From: a virus | DNA length: 64,000 nucleotides | Reading direction: 5' to 3' (one strand) | IMG/VR virus record: IMGVR_UViG_3300045912_000789 | Coordinates: 32,001 to 96,000 of that record | Part shown: in pieces, positions 46,632 through 55,830 of the stretch | Layout: each line of letters opens with the position of its first letter | How positions within the stretch are numbered: the first letter of the stretch is position 1 | Notes under the pieces: generated by a model | Told to the model about the DNA's origin: nothing | What the model saw: only the letters and a program-made list of their open reading frames with translations | Databases searched by the model: none | Made by a program: the position numbers and the translations under genes

Positions 46632-48206
46632 ATGCGAATCGCCGGGATCGTGCTCGACCTCTACGACGATCCGAAGGGTGTCGTCCTTCGGAACAAGCTC
46701 GCGTCGTCCGACCGTCAACTGCCGCCGAAGCTCGCTTCGGCTCGCGTCCTCAGCGCCGAAGAGCTGGAGCGCCTGCCGGACCGGCTCTTCGCCATGGTCG
46801 CGACCAACGGCGACGAGGTCGTCCGCAAGTACGCGATGCACGACGAGGCACACCTCGTCCTGTCGATGATCTACTTCGACGAGGCCGGGCACCTCCTTCC
46901 TCCCGAGGTGCAGCAGAAGGTCGCGGCGAACCTGATCAATGGCTGCTCGTGGTATGCGATGGATCCGCCCGAGGCGCTGGTGAAGCGCGCGATGATCGGC
47001 GGAGCCCTCACGGCGCTCACCGCGGGCATGGGCGTCATGGACATGGCGTCGAAGGCGCGCGAGGGGGCACAGCAGGGCCGGGAGCGCATGGAGGCGTTCC
47101 GTCAGGCGCAAGCGAGCGGCACGAAGACCTCGTCGGGCCGGGAGATCCAGCTCTCGCTGGATCAGGACTCCGCGATGCAGCGCGGCGAAGGCCCCGAAGG
47201 CGGTCACATCTGGGACGCCTTCTCGCACTTCTCCGATCTCGAAGCCACGCACCGCAAGCTCGATGCCCAGCTCGCGAAGCGCGACCAGCCGGATCCGGTG
47301 CTCGGCGGGCACCCCCACCGCCACAAGAAGGCCGATCTCGTCGGGACCGAGGCGATGCCGCAGGCGACCCTGCGGTCGGGGAGCGGCCGGCCGTCGCCGA
47401 CCTCGCGCCTCAACCTCCCGATGAAGACGGCGGCGGGGAAGATCGCCGCGGTGATGGTCCCCGAGGGCTGGGTTCACGCCGGCGACATCACACGGGCCGA
47501 GGCTCCGGTGACGGTGAAGAAGGCGAGCCACACGCACTTCGCCCTTCCCCACCTCCAGCGCTACCCGATCGACAGCGCCGCCCTCGTCACGAAGGCGGCG
47601 TCCTATTTCGACGAGCACCTCTTCGACTTCCCGCTCACCGAGCGACGCGTGTTCGCGCAGTCGGTCGTGTCGCGCGCCGACGAGCTGGGGGTGAAGGTCG
47701 CCGGGCGCGTCCTCGACTACGCCGGCGAGGGCTACGGCCCGAACCTCGTGCCCGAGCTGCACGCCCGCATCCACCAGTTCGAGGGGACGGGTCACGAGGC
47801 GGTCTACGAGCTGCTGCTGGAGAAGCGCGCCGAGGTCGATCCGATGATCATGGCGGAGATGCTCCGCGAGGCCGACGAGGAGACCGGCGCGTCCCGCTCG
47901 TACGGCCGGCCGGGCGTCGGGCTGCTCGATCCGTACGCGGCCGTCTACGGTGGCGCGAAGGTCGCGGCCAAGAAGCCGAAGGAAGAGGAGACGTACTCCT
48001 GGAACGAGGGAGGCGACTACGTCTCGGGCATGCAGCTCATGGCCCTGGCGAAGCAGGGGCTCAAGCTCAACGAGATGTTCGGCGCGGGGTTCGCCGACGA
48101 GTTCCAGAAGGACCCGATCGGGGTCTTCAAGAGCATGCCGAGCCCCCAGAAGGTGGTACTCTCGCGGCTCGCGGGCGACAGCAACGCCGGCACGTTCAGG
48201 GTCTGA
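46632..48206 (+). CDS. Putative head-associated/morphogenesis protein (524 aa) with repeated K-x-A motifs
   Basis: First gene of the operon ending in the portal; two similar FA...KY/RYP segments. Confidence 0.6.
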   Translation: MRIAGIVLDLYDDPKGVVLRNKLASSDRQLPPKLASARVLSAEELERLPDRLFAMVATNGDEVVRKYAMHDEAHLVLSMIYFDEAGHLLPPEVQQKVAANLINGCSWYAMDPPEALVKRAMIGGALTALTAGMGVMDMASKAREGAQQGRERMEAFRQAQASGTKTSSGREIQLSLDQDSAMQRGEGPEGGHIWDAFSHFSDLEATHRKLDAQLAKRDQPDPVLGGHPHRHKKADLVGTEAMPQATLRSGSGRPSPTSRLNLPMKTAAGKIAAVMVPEGWVHAGDITRAEAPVTVKKASHTHFALPHLQRYPIDSAALVTKAASYFDEHLFDFPLTERRVFAQSVVSRADELGVKVAGRVLDYAGEGYGPNLVPELHARIHQFEGTGHEAVYELLLEKRAEVDPMIMAEMLREADEETGASRSYGRPGVGLLDPYAAVYGGAKVAAKKPKEEETYSWNEGGDYVSGMQLMALAKQGLKLNEMFGAGFADEFQKDPIGVFKSMPSPQKVVLSRLAGDSNAGTFRV

Positions 48207-48231
48207 AGGAAGAACACAGGAGGATACGATC

Positions 48232-49308
48232 ATGGGACTTTCCAAGGCATTCGGCAGCAAGTCGCCCGCTCGCCCGCACCTCGTCGTCGGGCCCGGGGGT
48301 CAGGCGAACGAGATCGAGAAGCTGCGGTCGGACGTCGACGAGGCCTTCCTCTCGCTGGAGAAGGGCGGCATCATCGTCAAGTACTTCACCCAGGTGCCGA
48401 CCGACGCGGTCGACGCCGACGGGATCAAGACGACCTTCGTGTCGTCGGTCGCGCCGGTCGTCCTCACGGGCACCGACTTCGACGGCATCCTCGCCCCGGG
48501 CACCGGCTCGGCGCTGATCAAGTCGCCCAAGCGCGTGACGCTCACGGTCGGCGGTGGCGGCACGCCGGCTCACTGGACGGGCGGCGATCTCGTCTTCACC
48601 GGCAAGGACGTCGACGGCAAGGCGCTCAGCGAGACCGTCGCGTCGGGCGCGGGCGCGGGCACCACGACCACGGTCAACTACTTCGCCCAGCTCGACAGCG
48701 TGTCGATCCCGGCGCAGGGCGGCGCGCTCGCGCAGCTCACGCTCGGCGTGGCGGCCGACGCCGCGAACATCGCGTCGCTCGTCGCCTCGACCTCGGCGCA
48801 GGTCATCGACACGAACGCGGAGTTCAACCGCGCGCGCGTCGGCAACCGTCCGATGCCGTACGGTCGGCGCATCTCGTTCATCTTCGGCGCCAGCGCGGAC
48901 TGGATCACCTCGAACATCACGATCGAGGGTCTCGACGTCCGCGGCAAGCGGATCTCCGAGACCATCGCGGTCCCGAACGGTGGCGGCGGCACCGTGAACA
49001 CCACGAAGTTCTACGCCCAGGTGCTGAAGATCAGCATCCCGGCGCAGGGCGGTTCGGTGGGCACGGCGACGGTCGGCTTCCTCAACACCGAGCTGGGCGT
49101 GGACGTCAACCCGCTCAGCGACGTCGAGGCGGTCGCGGTCATCCGCGAGGCGAACGATCCGGGCACCGGCGTGTGGGCGGTGCCCGCGGCCGGCGCGCTC
49201 GATCCGGAGAGCGTCACGAACGCGGACCCCTACGGGCGCTACATCCCGGCGACGGCTCCGGACGGGATCCGCAGCTACGTCATCGCCTACCTGCCCTCCC
49301 CCGCCTGA
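48232..49308 (+). CDS. Virion structural protein with tandem duplicated beta domain (decoration-like, 358 aa)
   Basis: TGKDVDGKALSETV...YFAQLDSVSIPAQGG versus EGLDVRGKRISETI...FYAQVLKISIPAQGG; SD AGGAGG. Confidence 0.7.
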   Translation: MGLSKAFGSKSPARPHLVVGPGGQANEIEKLRSDVDEAFLSLEKGGIIVKYFTQVPTDAVDADGIKTTFVSSVAPVVLTGTDFDGILAPGTGSALIKSPKRVTLTVGGGGTPAHWTGGDLVFTGKDVDGKALSETVASGAGAGTTTTVNYFAQLDSVSIPAQGGALAQLTLGVAADAANIASLVASTSAQVIDTNAEFNRARVGNRPMPYGRRISFIFGASADWITSNITIEGLDVRGKRISETIAVPNGGGGTVNTTKFYAQVLKISIPAQGGSVGTATVGFLNTELGVDVNPLSDVEAVAVIREANDPGTGVWAVPAAGALDPESVTNADPYGRYIPATAPDGIRSYVIAYLPSPA

Positions 49309-49311
49309 TCG

Positions 49312-50265
49312 ATGAGCATCCTGCTCGACGAGAGCAGCATGCGGGTCTGGCCTCCTCGTGGGGCCGGATCCGCTGCTGCGTCGGGTGGCTCGGACGAAGC
49401 GCCACCGCCCGAGGAGGCCATCAGCATCGAGTCGCTGGTGTCCCGGGCGGTGTCGTGCGTCGACGAGGAAGAGAAGACCGCCGCGCTCAAGAGCGACGCG
49501 TCGATCGACCTCGCGGGCCAGGTGCCGTCCATGAAGGACATCTGGCGGCATCCCAACGCGCACCCGATCGTCCTCATGCTGCTCCTGCTCGACAAGTACG
49601 GGCAGGAGTACCTGGAGTGGCATCCCGACGTCCTCAAGATGACGCTGGAGCGAGACGGGATCGCGCTCTCCAACAAGGTCTGGAACAAGATCCTGGCCGG
49701 ACGAGTCGTGCTGATGTCGCCGTCGCCGTGGCGCCAGTGGGAGGTCTTCCACTGGGTGTCGCGTGCGCTGAGCGGCGAGAGCCCGAACTTCGTCTTCTAC
49801 GAGGAGGCTGAGATCGGTCACCTCGTGGTCGGGATGGAGATCATGAAGCTCGTCGACCCGAAGCGTCAGACCTCGTACGAGGTCGACAAGTTCGTGGCCG
49901 CCGTCTTCAAGCACGAGGGGATCCCGTTCATCCCGGCACCGCTCGACTTCGCCCAGCGTGAGCTGGAGGAGCCCAAGATCGAATGCACCCACTGCCTGGC
50001 CGTCCATCGTGACGACAACGACGTGCGGTGCGTGACCTGTGGGGAAGCGAAGCTGCGCAAGATCCCGTTCGAGTTCGAGGAGCTGAAGGCCGAGTGCAAG
50101 CAGCTCTGGGACGCGCGCAAGAAGCTGCCCCTGGCGGATGCCGTCGAGAACCTTCCTGACACCGGTGCCGGTTCTGCGGTATACCGGTTGCTGGTCGAGT
50201 GGGACCTCGTCAAGACCGTGAAGTCCCAGATGATCCAGCAGCTCAGGATGATCGGCGGCAGGTGA
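49312..50265 (+). CDS. Head-cluster protein with CxxC...CxxC zinc ribbon (317 aa)
   Basis: CTHC...CVTC; in the portal operon. Confidence 0.65.
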   Translation: MSILLDESSMRVWPPRGAGSAAASGGSDEAPPPEEAISIESLVSRAVSCVDEEEKTAALKSDASIDLAGQVPSMKDIWRHPNAHPIVLMLLLLDKYGQEYLEWHPDVLKMTLERDGIALSNKVWNKILAGRVVLMSPSPWRQWEVFHWVSRALSGESPNFVFYEEAEIGHLVVGMEIMKLVDPKRQTSYEVDKFVAAVFKHEGIPFIPAPLDFAQRELEEPKIECTHCLAVHRDDNDVRCVTCGEAKLRKIPFEFEELKAECKQLWDARKKLPLADAVENLPDTGAGSAVYRLLVEWDLVKTVKSQMIQQLRMIGGR

Positions 50266-51221
50266 TGAACGCGTACGACGTCTTCTACGAGGAGGTCACG
50301 AAGTCGGCGACAGCCACACGGGCGCTCACCCGTGCTGCTCGCTGGCTGACCGAATCGCCCGGGCGAACCGCCCTGGTCGGTGCCGGAGTCGGTGCCGCCC
50401 AGGGCGCGCTCATGCACGGGGACGAAGGCGTCGGTGCGGCAGCCCTCAAGGGCGGCCTTCGAGGGGCGGCGGTCGGTGGAGCTGCCGGCGGGCTCGGGCG
50501 CGCCTACCGCGACACCCGTCTGCTCAACCCGGCGCTGTCGTCGGGCGCGGCGGTGGGCGAGACCGCGAAGCGGATCGGTCAGGGCATCAAGGACTTCGGC
50601 AAGCGTCAGATCCACGGCTTCACCGGCGCGTACGCCGACCAGGCCGGTGAGATCGGCATGCGCAGTCGAGCTGCTGCGTCCAAGAAGATTGATCTCCTTC
50701 GCAAGCGCCAGGCCGATCTGGCCGCTCACGGAGAGCTGACCGACAAGGCGAAGAAGAAGCTCGTCGAGGAGGCGAAGGGTCTCCGCGAGTGGGGCGCCGG
50801 CGGAGACGCGGCGCTCAAGGCGGGGATCACGAACATCCCCGGCATCGTGAAGGGCATGGCGACGCGCCCGTTCTCCACGATGAAGGCGATGGGCAAGGAC
50901 ATGGTCGGCGGAGGCGGAGCCCTGGGTACCTCGGTCGCGCTCGGGCTCCCCCTCGCCATCGCAACTCCCGATCTGGCTCGCGGAGACGAGAGTGCGCACG
51001 GCGGGCGGTCCATGAGGCAGAAGCTCGTGGGCGTCGGCTCGGGTCTCGTCGGAGGCGCACTCACCGCGGGCGTTCCCGTTCTTCCCCAGCTCGTGGGCGG
51101 CGTGGCCGTCGACGCAGCAGCGAGCAAGGCGCTCGGCGGGAAGAAGCGTCTCGCGAAGGCCTCTCGTGAGGCCGGACAAGAGGCGATCAACACCACCCTC
51201 GGCGTTCCCGGAGGGACCTGA
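50265..51221 (+). CDS. Gly/Ala-rich glycine-zipper putative internal head/ejection protein (318 aa)
   Basis: TGATG coupling; begins MNAYDVFYEEVTKSA; repeated GAGVGAAQG-type segments. Confidence 0.6.
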   Translation: MNAYDVFYEEVTKSATATRALTRAARWLTESPGRTALVGAGVGAAQGALMHGDEGVGAAALKGGLRGAAVGGAAGGLGRAYRDTRLLNPALSSGAAVGETAKRIGQGIKDFGKRQIHGFTGAYADQAGEIGMRSRAAASKKIDLLRKRQADLAAHGELTDKAKKKLVEEAKGLREWGAGGDAALKAGITNIPGIVKGMATRPFSTMKAMGKDMVGGGGALGTSVALGLPLAIATPDLARGDESAHGGRSMRQKLVGVGSGLVGGALTAGVPVLPQLVGGVAVDAAASKALGGKKRLAKASREAGQEAINTTLGVPGGT

Positions 51222-53143
51222 TGTTCTTCAGCGGCGTTTCAGGTTCTGCCCTCGGCATGGGTGGTCGGATGGCGGTGAGCGGCAACGCGAACCGCAGCGA
51301 GATCCTCGGCCGTAGGTACCAGCCCTTCGCGAACCCCTTCTTCGATCAGGCGAGCACGTACACGCCGCCGTCGATCAAGGCACTGTTCGGGTTCTGTCGG
51401 TTCTACTTCCTGACGCACGGCATCATCAACGCCGTCGTCACCAAGGCCGCCGAGTACCCGGTCACCGATCTCATCCTCCAGCACAAGGACGAGGGCGTCC
51501 GCTCGCGGTGGGAGGAGCTGCTGCTGGGCGTGATGAACTACCGCGTCCACCAGTACGAGATCAACCTCGACTACTTCGTCTACGGCAACGCGTTCCTCAG
51601 CGCGAGCTTCCCGTTCCGCAAGAAGCTGATCTGCGGCAACAGCATGTGCCGCGCAGAGCACGACTGCCTCAACGTCCGGCCGAGCTGGCGCTACATCAGC
51701 GGTCGGTTCTGGTTCCAGTGCCCGACCTGCGGTCAGACCGACTTCGCTCGGAGCCGCGACGACTACTATCCGAAGTACAGCGAGATCGGTCTGATCCGCT
51801 GGAACCCGGAGTACGTCCACATCTTCTACAACGAGGCCACCGGCCGGATGGACTACGGGCTCGACATCAGCCCGGACTTCCGCGCGCAGGTCATGATGGG
51901 CCGCAAGGATCTCGTCGCGACCACACCCGAGATCTTCCTCGAAGCCGTCCGCACGCACCGTCAGCTCGTGTTCGACAAGTCCGAGGTCTTCCACATGCGG
52001 AGGCCCGGGCTGTCCACGATGTCGCGCGGCTGGGGCATCCCGCTGCTCATGCCGGTGCTGAAGGATGCCTTCTACATCCAGGTGATGCGCAAGGCGCAGG
52101 AGGCCGTGCTCCTCACGCACCTCGTGCCGCAGATCTTCCTGTTCCCGCAGCCGGCCACCGCCGGCGCGGATCCGTTCACGACGGTGGACCTCGCGAACTG
52201 GCGAGACCACATCCGGCGCGAGCTGGCGCGCCAGCGCGTCGACCCCAGCTACTACGGCATCCTGCCGTTCCCGCTCGGTCACCAGGTCATCGGCGAGAAC
52301 GGGCGCAGCCTGCTGCTGATGCCGGAGATCCAGCAGATGTACGAGATCATGGTGGCGGGCCTCGGCTTCCCCATCGATCTCGTCTTCGGTCACGGCACGT
52401 ACGCCGGCACCAGCGTGTCGATGCGCATGCTGGAGAACTTCTTCCTCTCGAACGTGCTCGGCCATCACCGCCTGCTCGACTGGGTGCTGAAGCGGATGGG
52501 CGCGTACATGAACTGGCCGCTGCCGCAGGGCCGCTTCAAGCCGTTCCGCATGGCGGACGATCTCCAGCGCCAGGCGATGATGATGCAGCTCAACCAGTTC
52601 GGGAAGGTGAGCGACGCCACCCTGCTCTCGTACACCGATCTCAAGGTCGAGGACGAGGCGGAGCTGATGCTCAAGGAGGCGAAGGTCAAGGCGGAGGCGC
52701 TCCGACAGAAGACGCTCGTCGAGGCCGAGGCCCAGGGTGAGGCTCAGCTCGTGATCGCCAAGTACCAGGCACAAGCCCAGGCGGCGATGCAGAAGGGCAT
52801 GCTGAAGGAGACCGCGCCGAAGCGGACGCCGTTCGACGAGATCCAGGGTCAGAGCGCAGCAGCCCAGCCGGGCGGCTACTCGATGGACGCCGTCGCGGCG
52901 GCTCTGGCGAACAAGATCAAGACGATGCCGCCCGAGCAGCAGAAGGTGTACCTCCAGCAGCTCCAGCAGAAGGCCCCCGAGATGGGCGAGCTGCTGGCGC
53001 AGCAGGGGCTCATGATGCCGCCCGAGGCCGGGGCGGTCCTGCCGGGCCAGGACGGCTCCCAGGGCGCGATGCCGGCCCCTCCGGCGGTCGACATGCGCCC
53101 GATGCCCGAGCAGCTCCCTCCGCGCCGCGCAGGGGCCGTCTGA
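51221..53143 (+). CDS. Portal protein with inserted Zn finger
   Basis: IINAVVTKAAEYP, LDYFVYGNAFLS, FHMRRP...GWGIPLLMP and LGFPIDLVFG are typical of portals; Q/P/M-rich C-terminal tail. Confidence 0.75.
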   Translation: MFFSGVSGSALGMGGRMAVSGNANRSEILGRRYQPFANPFFDQASTYTPPSIKALFGFCRFYFLTHGIINAVVTKAAEYPVTDLILQHKDEGVRSRWEELLLGVMNYRVHQYEINLDYFVYGNAFLSASFPFRKKLICGNSMCRAEHDCLNVRPSWRYISGRFWFQCPTCGQTDFARSRDDYYPKYSEIGLIRWNPEYVHIFYNEATGRMDYGLDISPDFRAQVMMGRKDLVATTPEIFLEAVRTHRQLVFDKSEVFHMRRPGLSTMSRGWGIPLLMPVLKDAFYIQVMRKAQEAVLLTHLVPQIFLFPQPATAGADPFTTVDLANWRDHIRRELARQRVDPSYYGILPFPLGHQVIGENGRSLLLMPEIQQMYEIMVAGLGFPIDLVFGHGTYAGTSVSMRMLENFFLSNVLGHHRLLDWVLKRMGAYMNWPLPQGRFKPFRMADDLQRQAMMMQLNQFGKVSDATLLSYTDLKVEDEAELMLKEAKVKAEALRQKTLVEAEAQGEAQLVIAKYQAQAQAAMQKGMLKETAPKRTPFDEIQGQSAAAQPGGYSMDAVAAALANKIKTMPPEQQKVYLQQLQQKAPEMGELLAQQGLMMPPEAGAVLPGQDGSQGAMPAPPAVDMRPMPEQLPPRRAGAV

Positions 53144-53155
53144 GGGCAAAGTAGA

Positions 53156-53182
53156 CGGGCGAAGCCCGGGGCTGTCCCCGGG
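53156..53182. terminator. Overlapping GC hairpins between convergent genes
   Basis: CGGGC-GAA-GCCCG and CCCGGGG-CTGT-CCCCGGG. Confidence 0.35.
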
Positions 53183-54625
53183 CTACGACCACAGCTTGTA
53201 GAGGTTCGGCGGGGTGTAGTCCGCCAGGACCCTCTCGATGTGCTTCCACTGGGGGTGGGAGCGTACGGCGTTCTCGATGTCCGGGCTCGATGCCCCGTGC
53301 GGCTTCAGGAGCGCGAGGAACGAGATCGTGTCGTTCTCCGTGACGTCCCGCAGAGCCTCACGGACCATGATCGATTCACGGTTCATGCGGTGCAGACGGT
53401 CCATCACTGTCTCCCAGTCGGCGATCGACGAGGCGTCGGTGATGCGGAGGTTCTTGGCGGCGCGGTCCGCCTCGTTCTCGATGTTCGGCAGACGCTTCAC
53501 TCGGCCTGGGTGATCGGTGAGGAAGCGCCTGAGCACGACCGGCCCGAGCTTCTCGGCGTACGGCAGAGCCGCAGCCCGCAGCCCAGGCTGCTTCGTCACC
53601 GGCTCGATCAGCATCCAGTCCATCTCGTCGAGGATGTTGATGATCCCGATTGAGCGCACAGCGCGGACCTCGTCGATGGTGGGGGCGCGCCCGATGCGCT
53701 CCAGGATCTCCTTGCGGACGTCCGGAGCGCTCTGGGCGAGCTGGCGCAGGCCCATCACGTAGTGCTCTTCGGAGGTGTCGCTTCGGAAGAGCGCCACCAT
53801 CTTCCGCGACCCTTGGAGATCGTCGAACAGGCTCGCGGCTCTCTGTGGCGTGCAGAGCCGGACGAAGACGGCCATGTCCGCGTAGCGGAACCCGCCCTTC
53901 TTGTCGCCGGTGCACAGCTTGCGGGCCTGGTCGAACGCTGCCTCGCGCATGGCAGGCAGCACGTCGCGGTTCTTCAGGCCCGAGATCATCGCGAACGCTT
54001 CGATGTTCTGGGGCCCGAGCCGCTGCTTCAGGCGGTGGGTGTAGCTCTCGGGCGTGAACGCACCTTCGAGGTAGAACGAGTCGACCTGATCATCCATCGC
54101 GACACGAGGGAGCCGAAGCTCCTCGAAGTCGGGGATGACCCAGGTGCGCGTCATGTTCCGATCCGTGAACCACTTCCCCCAGTCCATCTTGCCGAGGTCG
54201 GGGTCGCGGAAGAACTCCGGCATCTTCGCCGCCGCCCACCGATCCCGCGACTTGATCAGCGCCGCACGCTCTTCGAGGACGAGCTTCGCCGCTTCCTCGT
54301 TCCCGAACACGGCGTAGTACGCGGCGATGTGGAGCGGGTCGCTGAGTCCGTGATCGTCGTCGGTCTTGTACGGGTTCTTGTACCCGATGCCAGCCGTTCG
54401 TAGCCGCACCGGGTTGATCCCGTACGCCACCGCCTTCGACCACGTCACGTCGCTGTCGAGCTGGCTGGTCTCCTGCACGAGGCCCAGGATCTGTCGTAGA
54501 CGATCCCCGGACGCCATGAGCATCGCGTCGAAGGTCCGGTTCTCCGAGACGCTGATGTAGCTGTACCTGAAGAACCGCTCTCGGATGATCTGGTTCGCCA
54601 GGTTCTGGATGAGAGAGATCACCAT
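53183..54625 (-). CDS. Hypothetical protein (480 aa)
   Basis: ATG 54625 overlaps the end of the VWA gene; no recognised motif. Confidence 0.65.
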   Translation of the reverse strand: MVISLIQNLANQIIRERFFRYSYISVSENRTFDAMLMASGDRLRQILGLVQETSQLDSDVTWSKAVAYGINPVRLRTAGIGYKNPYKTDDDHGLSDPLHIAAYYAVFGNEEAAKLVLEERAALIKSRDRWAAAKMPEFFRDPDLGKMDWGKWFTDRNMTRTWVIPDFEELRLPRVAMDDQVDSFYLEGAFTPESYTHRLKQRLGPQNIEAFAMISGLKNRDVLPAMREAAFDQARKLCTGDKKGGFRYADMAVFVRLCTPQRAASLFDDLQGSRKMVALFRSDTSEEHYVMGLRQLAQSAPDVRKEILERIGRAPTIDEVRAVRSIGIINILDEMDWMLIEPVTKQPGLRAAALPYAEKLGPVVLRRFLTDHPGRVKRLPNIENEADRAAKNLRITDASSIADWETVMDRLHRMNRESIMVREALRDVTENDTISFLALLKPHGASSPDIENAVRSHPQWKHIERVLADYTPPNLYKLWS

Positions 54626-55830
54626 GAGACGTCCATGAAGAAGTTGCGCCCCCAGGGCTGAGGTCGACCGTTCTGCGGGATGACCCAGATCGTGTTGGGG
54701 TAGGCCCGCTCGGGCAGGAAGATGTGCCCGTCCGTGAGGCATGCGCAGGCCTTCGGCTTGAACTTGTCGTACAGCTCGAAGACGCCGCGCACCGAGGTGT
54801 GGCTGTGGGCTCCGGAGAGGAACTTCACGTTCTCCAGGATCTTCGCCGGATGCTTGGTCCGATGGACCTCGCGGACCACGGCGTCGAAGGTCACGACGAT
54901 CGTCTCGGTTGCGCGCATTGCTGCGGGCATCACGTTCGAGATGAAGGTCTTCATCAGGGTAGGTCCGACGGAAGCCGAGACGTCGATCGCGAGCAGGAGC
55001 TTCTGTTCCTTCACCGACCGCATCGACGGCAGCGTGATGTCGGGGAAGTATCTCGCCTTCGGAGGGGCGTACGTCGGCATGTCGTAGCCCATGTCGGCGA
55101 GGAGCCGGCCGCGCAGCAGCCTCGACCAGGGCACGCTGCCCTTGATGATCTCTTCGAGTCGGCTGGATACGGTCTTGCCGAACATCTGCTCCAGCGTCTG
55201 GTTCTTCACCTGCTGCTGGATCAGGACGGCCTGCTGAAGCTCCTCGGTGAACTTCCGGCGGAACTCCTCCTCCTCCTGACCGACCGTCGACTTGTTCTCC
55301 GCGTCCCGATCGAACAGGAAGTCGGTGCCCTTCTCGATCTCGCCCTTGCCCTTCGCCGGAGCCGGCATGGGGTGCTTCTTCTCGATGAGGGCGTCGTAGA
55401 TCTGCTCGGCGGTCATGTCCTTCGCCCACTCCGGCGGGATCACGCCGTCCTCCGGCGGCTTCCACTGCTTGCCACCGTCTCGCGAGAGGATGCTGCACGC
55501 CTCTCGGACGACCACGATGTCCGCGGCGATGTTCCAGACCTTGCGGTTGCGATCACCGCATCGGGCGACGTGGTTGAAAAAGATGTGCAGCCACTCGTGG
55601 AGCGTGTCGAACACGCGCCCGTCGTGCTCGTTCTTCTTGATCCACTTCGGGGCGTAGTGCACGCGGCGCCCGTCGGTGGCCATGGTGTCGATCGTGGGGT
55701 CTTCCACGACCTCTACGGCCTCTCCCAGGTAGGAGAGGCCGCAGAGCGGGAAGAACAGCAGCAGGTCCTGGAGGGCCCGCCGGAACATCTCGTAGGCCTC
55801 ACGGTCCTTGATGCTGTTCTCGATGATCAC
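54619..55830 (-). CDS. HExxH metallopeptidase-like plus VWA domain protein (DUF2201-like)
   Basis: TMATDG, HEWLH, WNIAAD; MIDAS DVSAS...LTDG; GTGA coupling. Confidence 0.85.
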   Translation of the reverse strand: MIIENSIKDREAYEMFRRALQDLLLFFPLCGLSYLGEAVEVVEDPTIDTMATDGRRVHYAPKWIKKNEHDGRVFDTLHEWLHIFFNHVARCGDRNRKVWNIAADIVVVREACSILSRDGGKQWKPPEDGVIPPEWAKDMTAEQIYDALIEKKHPMPAPAKGKGEIEKGTDFLFDRDAENKSTVGQEEEEFRRKFTEELQQAVLIQQQVKNQTLEQMFGKTVSSRLEEIIKGSVPWSRLLRGRLLADMGYDMPTYAPPKARYFPDITLPSMRSVKEQKLLLAIDVSASVGPTLMKTFISNVMPAAMRATETIVVTFDAVVREVHRTKHPAKILENVKFLSGAHSHTSVRGVFELYDKFKPKACACLTDGHIFLPERAYPNTIWVIPQNGRPQPWGRNFFMDVSW

